Virus record (IMG/VR): IMGVR_UViG_3300025769_012879
Span: 77,046 to 141,045 of that record
Source: a virus
DNA: 64,000 bases
Direction: 5' to 3' (one strand)
In this document: positions 56,001 through 63,016 of the stretch, piece by piece
Numbering within the stretch: position 1 is the stretch's first letter
Layout: every line of letters begins with the position of its first letter
Position numbers and translations under genes: made by a program
Notes under the pieces: model-generated
Seen by the model: the letters and a program-made list of their open reading frames with translations, nothing else
What the model was told of the DNA's origin: nothing
Database searches by the model: none

Positions 56001-56512
56001 CTCTAAACAATATGGTTGATGATCGTTTCACAGGTCTGAAACACTTCTGGTCTGCTGTTGCAGTTGACCGTCCAAAGAAGGAAAAGAATTTGTTAGATAA
56101 TATCGAACTCTATAAACCTGAAGGTGATTTCACTAAGGCAGAGAAGATGGAGTTTCTAACTAATCTAACTGGTATTTATCCAATCAACGAGGTTGTTAGT
56201 GATAAGTTACTGAAAAAGTTTGGTAAGTTGAAGGTTCCACCAATCGGTGAATACGATAGGGATTTGCGTCTATGTTGGTTTATTATTCGCGATGTTATTG
56301 AGAAGAAGACAAAGACAGGTAAAGATTACTGGATCTTAAAGACAATCGATAACGAAAGCAATCAGGTTGATATTAAATGTTGGGGTGTTGATCCACAGTT
56401 AGATTATTATAAGAAGAACGTTCCTTGTATGGCAAAGTTAGACTATAATGACACCTGGGGATTCAGCACTAGGTCGTTCAGAAGGAACATTAAGTTTGTG
56501 GAACTTAGTTAA
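53087..56512 (+). CDS. dnaE: DNA polymerase III alpha subunit (family C)
   Basis: PHP LHAHS/TDHG/DSHY, GRGSAAGS, PDIDYD, KFDILG, YGFNKSHA. Confidence 0.96.
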   Translation: MSNQIKFVGLHAHSVFSVFDGLGYPQDHIDYAIENGMDALALTDHGNMNGLSYQVLHSKKLQKEGKNFKPIFGIEGYFIDSISKWKEEKEEIDKNKKGRKKKEENSAVVIEDEEATKRQEKNILNRRAHLVLLVQNQTGLNNLFTLVSKSFDPENFYRYPRIDFDMLREHNEGIIVSSACMGGPLSKDYWNNREEGDDAVQRAMVATIENFTSIFGDRFYGELQWNAIPEQHEINKHIIRAAEKTGIKLISTADSHYPRPELFKDRELYKQLGWLGKSKPDYAESTLPESRKELKYELYPKNGDQMWDAYKTYSKQCGVDYDDDFIRETIERTYEIAHSRIESFYPDATVRLPDFVVPDGKSPDETLRDLCFEGLKQKGLDSKDDYSKRLKEELGVIQDRGFSKYFLTMKAVSDEAIKTQLVGAGRGSAAGSLVAYVLGITGIDPIEYGLLFSRFLRRDAVDYPDIDYDVADPMVLKEILIDKWGKDVVVPISNYNTLQLRSLIKDISKFYGVDFTEVNRVTSVMLKEATPIAKKAHGITAGVYAPTFEEVKEYSETLKQFLRKYPHIATHVDNLYGQVRSISRHAGGVVIADGLNKHMPLINSGGVQQTPWSEGQNVRHLEPLGFIKFDILGLASLRMVEGAISHILRRHHGIKEPSFADIKKWYDENLEPNVLNLNDQKVYKNVFHRGKWAGVFQFTEKGAQGFCKKAKPESIIDISAITSIYRPGPLSAKVHNHYVKAKRNPMSVKYLHPLVKEVTEETYGFLIFQEQIALLAHKLGKDLSLDEGNMLRKLLTKKGTGKGNEKKMAIHKKFIEGCVEKGIKESDAQTLWQTFEYFSGYGFNKSHAVSYSILSYQCAHLLTYYPVEWLAAFLDKEPEGRKEQAINIVRSLGYRVKRPDINESGQVWEISETEKKTLVQPLTSIKGLGDKAVEQILQHRPFNTPEELLFNEDVSYSKLNKKALDVLTRSGALNNMVDDRFTGLKHFWSAVAVDRPKKEKNLLDNIELYKPEGDFTKAEKMEFLTNLTGIYPINEVVSDKLLKKFGKLKVPPIGEYDRDLRLCWFIIRDVIEKKTKTGKDYWILKTIDNESNQVDIKCWGVDPQLDYYKKNVPCMAKLDYNDTWGFSTRSFRRNIKFVELS

Positions 56513-56546
56513 TTTAGACACTATTTATAACATTGGAGGAACCATT

Positions 56547-56747
56547 ATGGGTAGAAAATCAAGAATGCGTAGAAGAGCACGCGCCGCAGCAGCAAGAGAG
56601 GCGGCAAAGGCACCTGCAACTGTAGTCGAACAACCAAAACCAGTTGTTAAGAAAGAGGTGGTTGCTCCAAAGAAAGTTGTAGAAAAGAAAGCAACCGAAC
56701 CAAAGAAGGTTGTTCGTAAGGTCAAAACAGTTAAAGGAGAAAAGTAA
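56547..56747 (+). CDS. Basic Arg/Lys/Ala-rich protein (late island)
   Basis: ACTATTTA at 56520 and GGAGG; MGRKSRMRRRARAAAA...PKKVV repeats. Confidence 0.65.
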   Translation: MGRKSRMRRRARAAAAREAAKAPATVVEQPKPVVKKEVVAPKKVVEKKATEPKKVVRKVKTVKGEK

Positions 56748-57016
56748 TGAAACTAACAAAGGAAACCTTAAAGCAAATCATTAAAGAAGAGATTCAAGCA
56801 GTTCTAAACGAAGAGAAGATCGCTCTTGATAGAACTGATATGGGCGCTGTTCGTGCAGCAGCAAGAATGATTATGAAGGCAGAAGGACTCGACGCAGACA
56901 TGCTCAAGCACCTTAAGAAAGCACTTGCCGGTGGTCACAAAATGGTCGCTATTGTCGGTGGTCCCGATGATGGTGATACTGTTGAGTTATTGAAGTATGT
57001 AACATACACTAAATAA
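56747..57016 (+). CDS. Putative internal head protein
   Basis: MKLTKETLKQIIKEEIQAVLNEE N-terminus. Confidence 0.65.
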   Translation: MKLTKETLKQIIKEEIQAVLNEEKIALDRTDMGAVRAAARMIMKAEGLDADMLKHLKKALAGGHKMVAIVGGPDDGDTVELLKYVTYTK

Positions 57017-57024
57017 TTTATCGC

Positions 57025-57053
57025 TTGACAAGTAGTTTAAAAAAGCATATAAT
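57025..57053 (+). promoter_or_regulatory. sigma70-type promoter
   Basis: TTGACA-N17-TATAAT. Confidence 0.85.
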
Positions 57054-57083
57054 GGAGACTCCAACAACCAAGGAGTCTCCATT
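57051..57083 (+). promoter_or_regulatory. 12-bp hairpin that sequesters the downstream RBS
   Basis: AATGGAGACTCC / GGAGTCTCCATT. Confidence 0.65.
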
Positions 57084-57465
57084 GTTCATTTTGAAGAAAT
57101 TTTTATTAATTACATTTATTGTTTGTTGTGCTTCCACGTCAAGCGCAAAAGACAATGACTTAGGAACAATTGATATCACTGGGAATACAACTCCTGATGT
57201 CGTTATGAAATTATTTTGGTCAAAAATGCATCCTCACTTAAAGAAAGGATCGCACAATTATTGCCATAGTAAGATGGCAGATTACCCAAAAACGTTTTAT
57301 AAAGATCTTGTTGAGAAACATTTAAAAGAAACTGCCAGTGGAGAATTTTTCATTCGATTTTACATTTACAAATGTTTTTGGAATAACAAATCCTGCCAGG
57401 AAGAAGGTTCTTTTGACAAGGATAATCGGATTCAATTCGATGTACATTATGATTTTGATTGCTAG
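57082..57465 (+). CDS. Secreted hypothetical protein
   Basis: AAGGAG then TTG; signal peptide. Confidence 0.55.
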   Translation: MFILKKFLLITFIVCCASTSSAKDNDLGTIDITGNTTPDVVMKLFWSKMHPHLKKGSHNYCHSKMADYPKTFYKDLVEKHLKETASGEFFIRFYIYKCFWNNKSCQEEGSFDKDNRIQFDVHYDFDC

Positions 57466-57473
57466 GAGTAAAA

Positions 57474-57854
57474 ATGAAAAACATGATTAAATTATTTGTA
57501 AGCATTACATTATTGTGTGCGAGTGTCTGTCATGCCGACATTCAAAGTGAAAAGAAAGAAACTACAACACTTCGTACATCGGGCAGAGTTGATTCAAAAG
57601 ATCGCCCAATAACTTGGACAATTTTAAAAGATAACTTAAAAAGTCGTTATGTTTACCGATGTTCAGAACTCTCTCGATTTCATGGACTTTTTGACCGTAT
57701 GCACAAATATGGTGAAAAACATTATCGTGAATACGTCGCTAAAACAGGCGTCGTAGGATATAAAATCTGGTATGATCTTGAAGAGGGTAATGGAAAATTC
57801 TCAGCAGAAAGAGAGTGGGACTACAAAGTTATTACGTGTGATTGGGACCAATGA
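57474..57854 (+). CDS. Secreted hypothetical protein
   Basis: AGGAG; signal peptide ending VCHA. Confidence 0.6.
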   Translation: MKNMIKLFVSITLLCASVCHADIQSEKKETTTLRTSGRVDSKDRPITWTILKDNLKSRYVYRCSELSRFHGLFDRMHKYGEKHYREYVAKTGVVGYKIWYDLEEGNGKFSAEREWDYKVITCDWDQ

Positions 57855-58183
57855 AAGTATTTAGTGAAAAAAATTATAAACAAATAGTAAATTCAGATAA
57901 AGTTGCCATAGTTGTATTTACATCGCCACATTGCCACCTGTGCAATAAACTAAAACCAATCTTGAAAAAACTAGAAAGGCGCTATAAGAATATTGGTTTT
58001 TACGTTAGTGATGTAAACAAAGAAGAAAAGTTGACTGAACTTCTTGTAAAAGAAGATGGAGTGCCAACTGGATTTGTTGTAAAGGGAGGATCTATTTTTA
58101 AAATAAAAGATCCAGAATTGCCAGATGACAAGTCTTGGTATTCAGAAAAATATTTAATAGAATTAATTGAAGCATTACAGTAA
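57851..58183 (+). CDS. Thioredoxin-like protein
   Basis: FTSPHCHLC, GVPT. Confidence 0.8.
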   Translation: MKVFSEKNYKQIVNSDKVAIVVFTSPHCHLCNKLKPILKKLERRYKNIGFYVSDVNKEEKLTELLVKEDGVPTGFVVKGGSIFKIKDPELPDDKSWYSEKYLIELIEALQ

Positions 58184-58193
58184 AGGAGAATAA

Positions 58194-59201
58194 ATGCAGA
58201 AGGGATTAACTTATGATGATGTCTTGCTTGTGCCACAATACAGCGACATCGAATCAAGATCAGAGGTTTCACTAACTACTGATTTTGGCAGGGGAGTTGA
58301 GTTGGAATTGCCAATTATCGCTTCTCCTATGGATACAGTTAGCGAAGCAAATATGGCGGGTTCTCTAGGAGAATTGGGAGGAATATCAATTGTTCATCGC
58401 TACAATTCAATTGAGGAACAGTCTGCTATGATTGCTTCACTTGGCGAGAACACTTTAGTAGGTGCTGCCGTTGGAGTTAGTGGCGACTTTGCAGACCGTG
58501 CCGTCTCTGCTGTTGCCGCAGGTGCAAAGGTTATTTGCATTGATATTGCCCACGGTCATCACATTTTAATGAAGAAAGCAATTAAGAGGATTAGAGAAGT
58601 TCTGCCGAAGATTCACATCATGGCGGGAAACGTAGCAACCTTGGAGGGTTTCAATGATTTGGCTGATTGGGGCGCTGATTCTATTAGATGTAATATTGGA
58701 GGTGGCAGTATTTGTACTACAAGAGTACAAACGGGGCACGGTGTTCCAGGGATTGAAACAATATTCCAATGCGCCAAATCAGACCGAAATGCAAAAATCA
58801 TTGCAGATGGCGGTCTTAAAAACTCGGGTGACATTGTTAAGGCTCTTGCTGCTGGCGCTGATGCTGTTATGTTGGGATCGCTCCTTGCAGGAACAGATTG
58901 TTCCCCAGGCACAATCTTCAAAACAGAAAGCGGTGAATTAAGAAAGACTTATCGCGGCATGGCATCTGCTGCTGCCCAAAAGGATTGGCGAGGTCGTGTA
59001 GCATCTTGCGAAGGTGTTTCATCTTCAGTTCCCTACCGAGGCAAACTTGCTGATGTTGTTAAGGAATTAGAGAGAGGTATTCGTTCAGGTTTATCTTATT
59101 CAGGTGCTCGTTCGGTAAAGGAACTACAAGCAAAAGCACAGTGGTTACAGCAGAGTAGTGCAAGTGCTACGGAGAGTTCGGCACATATTAGATTGCGATG
59201 A
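58194..59201 (+). CDS. IMP dehydrogenase/GMP reductase family (no CBS domains)
   Basis: LTYDDVLLVP, SPMDTV, IGGGSICTTR, IIADGG, YRGMAS. Confidence 0.9.
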   Translation: MQKGLTYDDVLLVPQYSDIESRSEVSLTTDFGRGVELELPIIASPMDTVSEANMAGSLGELGGISIVHRYNSIEEQSAMIASLGENTLVGAAVGVSGDFADRAVSAVAAGAKVICIDIAHGHHILMKKAIKRIREVLPKIHIMAGNVATLEGFNDLADWGADSIRCNIGGGSICTTRVQTGHGVPGIETIFQCAKSDRNAKIIADGGLKNSGDIVKALAAGADAVMLGSLLAGTDCSPGTIFKTESGELRKTYRGMASAAAQKDWRGRVASCEGVSSSVPYRGKLADVVKELERGIRSGLSYSGARSVKELQAKAQWLQQSSASATESSAHIRLR

Positions 59202-59521
59202 GTGAACCAACAAAGAACATAAAAATCACTATTCCTGCAAAGTTACATATTGACTTTCGTAATAGATTGTTGTATGATGATATGACGATGATGGCGTTTT
59301 TTTCTTATGTTATTCATGAATATACGAATAACTCTGAATTGATGTCGCAGGTAGTTTGTGATATTATGGAAAAGAGAAAGTTAAAATCAAAAAGAATTAT
59401 AAAGAATAAAGCAAGATTAACAAAACAAGCAGAAAAGAACTTGAAGAAGAATTTTCTTTCAGACGATGAAATTGAGGATATGTATGATATTATTGAGAGG
59501 TTTGACATAGATGAAATGTAA
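59198..59521 (+). CDS. Hypothetical, possibly RHH-type DNA-binding protein
   Basis: KNIKITIPAKLHIDFR. Confidence 0.5.
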   Translation: MSEPTKNIKITIPAKLHIDFRNRLLYDDMTMMAFFSYVIHEYTNNSELMSQVVCDIMEKRKLKSKRIIKNKARLTKQAEKNLKKNFLSDDEIEDMYDIIERFDIDEM

Positions 59522-59744
59522 AGATGATATAATAACTGGTGAAACACCATGTTGTAATAAAGAATGTAGAAACTGGATAGATTATGATGAGGATAAGAAC
59601 TGTTGCCTTGTAAGTATAGATAAGCATGGACAAATGACGCTCATGCAGGTGGCAGAACGATTGGGTGTTTCACACGTCAGAATCAAACAAATCCAAGATA
59701 AGGCACTAATTAAATTAAAGAAAAACAACGAAATTCATGAATGA
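59511..59744 (+). CDS. Cys-rich stand-alone sigma70 region-4 (HTH) protein
   Basis: MTLMQVAERLGVSHVRIKQIQDKALIKL preceded by a Cys cluster. Confidence 0.8.
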   Translation: MKCKDDIITGETPCCNKECRNWIDYDEDKNCCLVSIDKHGQMTLMQVAERLGVSHVRIKQIQDKALIKLKKNNEIHE

Positions 59745-59803
59745 GCGTTTTAGTTTTTCCAATACTATTTATTACAGGTTTTATAACAAGGAGAATATAA
59801 ACC

Positions 59804-60568
59804 ATGAGCAAGAAACTACTAGAAGAAAGCACAATTCGCCAATTCATGAAGTTGGCACAACTTGAGCCACTCGCAGGTGACTTCCTAGAAGAGAAGAAGC
59901 ACCGCCCAAAGAAGCGCCCAATGCATGAAGAGGAAGTTGTTGAAGAGGGTCCAATGCAAAAGCGTGAAGAGGACGCAACAACTCCACGACCAAATAGAGG
60001 TCTTGGTAAGAAAAAGACAATGGATGCAACTAAAGGGGCAAACGCCAAAGCAAGAGCAGAAATAGAAAAGAAACCCGGCAAGGTTGATGAAGAAGTATCA
60101 CTAGACGAAGGTGACTATGGCACACATAAAGACGATCCAATGTTAGAAGAAGACACTCTTGAAGAAGAGTTGAGCGCTCTATTAGAAGATGAACTAAGTG
60201 AAATGAGCATGTACGAAGAAGAAGACGAAGACATGGAAATGGAAGTTGAAGAGGGCGACATGGAAGCAGAAATCAACATCACTCCAGATCAAGCACGCGC
60301 AATCATTGCCGTTGCTGACATGCTAAAAGACATCATGCCAGATCTTGAAGCACCAGAAATGGAAGACGAAGAAGAGATGGACATGGAACCAGAAATGGAA
60401 CCAGAGATGGGCATGGAAATGGGCGCTGAGGAAGAAGAGGAAGGCGCAGAAGAGGAAGAAGAAGGTACCGAAGAGGAAGAAGAAGGTACCGAAGAGGAAG
60501 AAGAAGAACTCGCAGAGCAGATCATGAAGCGCGTTCAGGCACGCCTCAGAGAAATGAAAAACAAGTAA
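59804..60568 (+). CDS. Highly acidic scaffold-like protein (late island)
   Basis: ACTATTTA at 59764; IRQFMKLAQL; many L-x-E sites; Glu tracts. Confidence 0.7.
   Translation: MSKKLLEESTIRQFMKLAQLEPLAGDFLEEKKHRPKKRPMHEEEVVEEGPMQKREEDATTPRPNRGLGKKKTMDATKGANAKARAEIEKKPGKVDEEVSLDEGDYGTHKDDPMLEEDTLEEELSALLEDELSEMSMYEEEDEDMEMEVEEGDMEAEINITPDQARAIIAVADMLKDIMPDLEAPEMEDEEEMDMEPEMEPEMGMEMGAEEEEEGAEEEEEGTEEEEEGTEEEEEELAEQIMKRVQARLREMKNK
60422..60508 (+). repeat. 4 x 21-bp coding tandem repeat (G[A/T]EEEEE)
   Basis: GGCGCTGAGGAAGAAGAGGAA, GGCGCAGAAGAGGAAGAAGAA, then GGTACCGAAGAGGAAGAAGAA twice. Confidence 0.85.
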
Positions 60569-60596
60569 TTAAATAAACCTTATATAAAACCTAATT

Positions 60597-60632
60597 GAAG
60601 ACCGTGAACTTTTTCACGGTCTTCTTTATTTT
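60597..60632 (+). terminator. Rho-independent terminator
   Basis: GAAGACCGTGAA-CTTT-TTCACGGTCTTC followed by TTTATTTT. Confidence 0.85.
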
Positions 60633-60636
60633 ATGC

Positions 60637-60664
60637 TTGACAAATAATAAATTTGTGTTATAGT
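60637..60664 (+). promoter_or_regulatory. sigma70-type promoter for groEL
   Basis: TTGACA-N16-TATAGT. Confidence 0.7.
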
Positions 60665-60693
60665 ATTCATATGCATCTTTACAAGGAGAAGGA

Positions 60694-62268
60694 ATGAAGC
60701 GATATGGCAAGGATCAAGAGTTGCAGCAAAAACTCTTGAAGGGCGTTGAGATATTGGCAGACAATGTATGCTCAACTTTGGGTCCAAAAGGACGCAACGT
60801 AATTTTAAAGGGAAAGGAAGGAAACCCAATTATTACAAAGGATGGTGTGACAATCGCCAACTTTATTGATTTGGATGACCCCTTTGAAAATTTAGCAGCA
60901 CAGGTTGTAAAGCAGGCAGCAGCAAAGACAAATCAAGTTGCCGGTGACGGCACAACAACATCAACAGTTTTAACCAGGGCAGTCTATAAGAAGGCATTAA
61001 AGTATGTTAATAGTGGCGCTGCTCCGGTTGATTTAAAGCGCGGCATGGATAAGGCACGAGAAGATATTGTTGAGATTATCAAACAGAATGCTACAAAGGT
61101 TTCGTCCATGGAAAACCTTAAACATGTCGCCACGATATCAGCGAACGGTGATAAAGTTATTGGCGATCTGCTTGCAACTGCAATCGAGCAAGCAGGCGTT
61201 GATGGTGGTATTAAGATTGAGGATGCTAAGTCCTCCCAGACAACTCTTGAAATGGTTGAAGGATTTATTTTTGACTCAGGATTTGTATCACCTAGATTCG
61301 TAAATGATGAGCGTAGAAACGCAGTCAATTACGACAACCCAATATTCTTTATCACCGACCATAAGTTGGAGCATGTTGAACCTATTTTGCCTGTCCTTGA
61401 AGTTGCAGCAAGGGAAAGCAAACCACTCGTTATTATTGCAGATGAGATTGAAGGTCAGTTTCTAGCATCACTTATCATGAACTCTGTTCGCGGTTCAATG
61501 AAAGTTGCTGCTGTAAAAGCACCACGTTATGGCGAGGAGCGTAGAGAGATTATGCGCGACATCGCACTCGCAACTGGTGGAACTTTCTTTACAAAGGAAA
61601 GCGGACGTGACTTTTCCACCTTCAAATTAAAGGAGTTCGGCACAGCAAAGTCCGTTGATATTACAAAGTTCGGTACAACAATCATTGGTGGCAATGCAGA
61701 TTACGAAGCATTAGAAGAGCGCATTGAAATTCTAAAAGCACGCATCAAAGAAGAGGATGATCTCCAAGAGTGCAATAAGATGCAAGAGCGAATCAATCGT
61801 TTGGTTTCAGCAGTCGCCATTATCAAAGTTGGCGCTCCAACTGAAGTAGAAATGATTGAAAAGAAACATAGAATTGAGGATGCTCTTGGTGCCGTCCAGG
61901 CGGCACAGAAACACGGTTTCCATGCTGGAGGTGGTGTTGGACTTCTAAGAGCGTCAAAGGACGCTGAGGGCGATTCTGAGGCGTCTGAGGATATACAACT
62001 TGGGTATAAGATTGTTGTTGATGCTTGTTCAGAACCATTCCGTCAGATTTGCAGAAACTGTGGTCTAAGTGAAGATGTGCTTATCCAAACTGTATTGGAA
62101 CAAGATGAGCGTGATGCAGGTTATAACTTTGCTAATGGCGAGTTATGTAATCTTATTGAAGAAGGCGTAATCGATCCTGTTTTGGTTACTTGTGTTGCTT
62201 TGGAGAACTCTGTTTCAGTAGCAGGCACTTTGATTACAACCAACTATGCGGTGGTGGATCATGACTAA
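60694..62268 (+). CDS. groEL: Chaperonin GroEL
   Basis: TLGPKGRNV, ITKDGVTIA, AGDGTTT, GVIDP. Confidence 0.96.
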   Translation: MKRYGKDQELQQKLLKGVEILADNVCSTLGPKGRNVILKGKEGNPIITKDGVTIANFIDLDDPFENLAAQVVKQAAAKTNQVAGDGTTTSTVLTRAVYKKALKYVNSGAAPVDLKRGMDKAREDIVEIIKQNATKVSSMENLKHVATISANGDKVIGDLLATAIEQAGVDGGIKIEDAKSSQTTLEMVEGFIFDSGFVSPRFVNDERRNAVNYDNPIFFITDHKLEHVEPILPVLEVAARESKPLVIIADEIEGQFLASLIMNSVRGSMKVAAVKAPRYGEERREIMRDIALATGGTFFTKESGRDFSTFKLKEFGTAKSVDITKFGTTIIGGNADYEALEERIEILKARIKEEDDLQECNKMQERINRLVSAVAIIKVGAPTEVEMIEKKHRIEDALGAVQAAQKHGFHAGGGVGLLRASKDAEGDSEASEDIQLGYKIVVDACSEPFRQICRNCGLSEDVLIQTVLEQDERDAGYNFANGELCNLIEEGVIDPVLVTCVALENSVSVAGTLITTNYAVVDHD

Positions 62269-62617
62269 AAAGGTAAGACAAACAATTACAATTGATCTAA
62301 ATCGTTTAGAAGACGCTTTTGCTTGGCATCTAAATTTGGATGATGCCTTGCAAAAGATCTCAGAACTAGACGATATAAGAAAGAAAACTAAGGATGAGAT
62401 CTTAGATCTAATAAAAGAATGCAGAGTCCAATTGACAAGTTTGGACATGACTCTTTCTGAGTTTCAGGAGATCTATGAAGCACTTACTGGAGAGGAACCT
62501 GCTCCTACAGCAGTACCCCAACCAGAACCCGAACTGCTACAAGAAGATTTAGAGAAAGAGATAAACGATAGAATGATCGGAAACTTAATATCGAATCTCA
62601 ATAAATCAGGGAGTTAG
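62261..62617 (+). CDS. Hypothetical protein
   Basis: Overlaps the groEL stop; GGTGG upstream. Confidence 0.55.
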   Translation: MTKKVRQTITIDLNRLEDAFAWHLNLDDALQKISELDDIRKKTKDEILDLIKECRVQLTSLDMTLSEFQEIYEALTGEEPAPTAVPQPEPELLQEDLEKEINDRMIGNLISNLNKSGS

Positions 62618-62618
62618 C

Positions 62619-62831
62619 ATGGAAAGACCCGTAAGAAACATAGGCGACTTAATAAATGTAATGGGGACTAACCATCTTGGAATTATTTTGAAGGTTCATG
62701 AGAAAGCAGGTCAAAATAAATTCTATTTAGTTCATGACAATGTTACAAATAAAGAAAAGTGGCATCCTGAAAGTGCTGTTTTTGATGCTTCTTGTTATGA
62801 CCCTAATGTGGAACTGCTCAGAGAACTCTAG
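62619..62831 (+). CDS. Small SH3/KOW-like protein
   Basis: NIGDLI...LGIIL; GGGAG RBS. Confidence 0.5.
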   Translation: MERPVRNIGDLINVMGTNHLGIILKVHEKAGQNKFYLVHDNVTNKEKWHPESAVFDASCYDPNVELLREL

Positions 62832-62959
62832 AGAATGTGTGGAGTTTGAGGTCGAAACAGAAGAAATCGAAGGCATCGAAATAACCACAACAGAGTGTGC
62901 TACATGGGCAGACGAACTAACAAAAACTACTGACTGATGATCTGCACTGAACAGAAAGG

Positions 62960-62988
62960 TTGACACCTGACTCCAAGTGGGGTATAAT
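62960..62988 (+). promoter_or_regulatory. sigma70-type promoter for uvsE
   Basis: TTGACA-N17-TATAAT. Confidence 0.85.
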
Positions 62989-63016
62989 CTATCCATCACT
63001 CACCACAGGAGGACAA

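Noticed and set aside
2219-56512. Introns or inteins in terminase, RNR, helicase, RecA or DnaE
   Set aside because: The ORFs are continuous and of normal length, and no intein terminal motifs were seen.
60422-60508. Tandem repeat as a CRISPR array
   Set aside because: The units are contiguous in-frame coding repeats with no spacers and no cas genes.
62734-62937. Possible small lipoprotein after the 62619 gene
   Set aside because: It overlaps the previous gene heavily and no clear start or RBS can be assigned, so it was left uncalled.
863-62999. Minus-strand and nested alternative-frame ORFs in the ORF track
   Set aside because: They are shadows of well-supported + strand genes, with no motifs, RBS or promoters.
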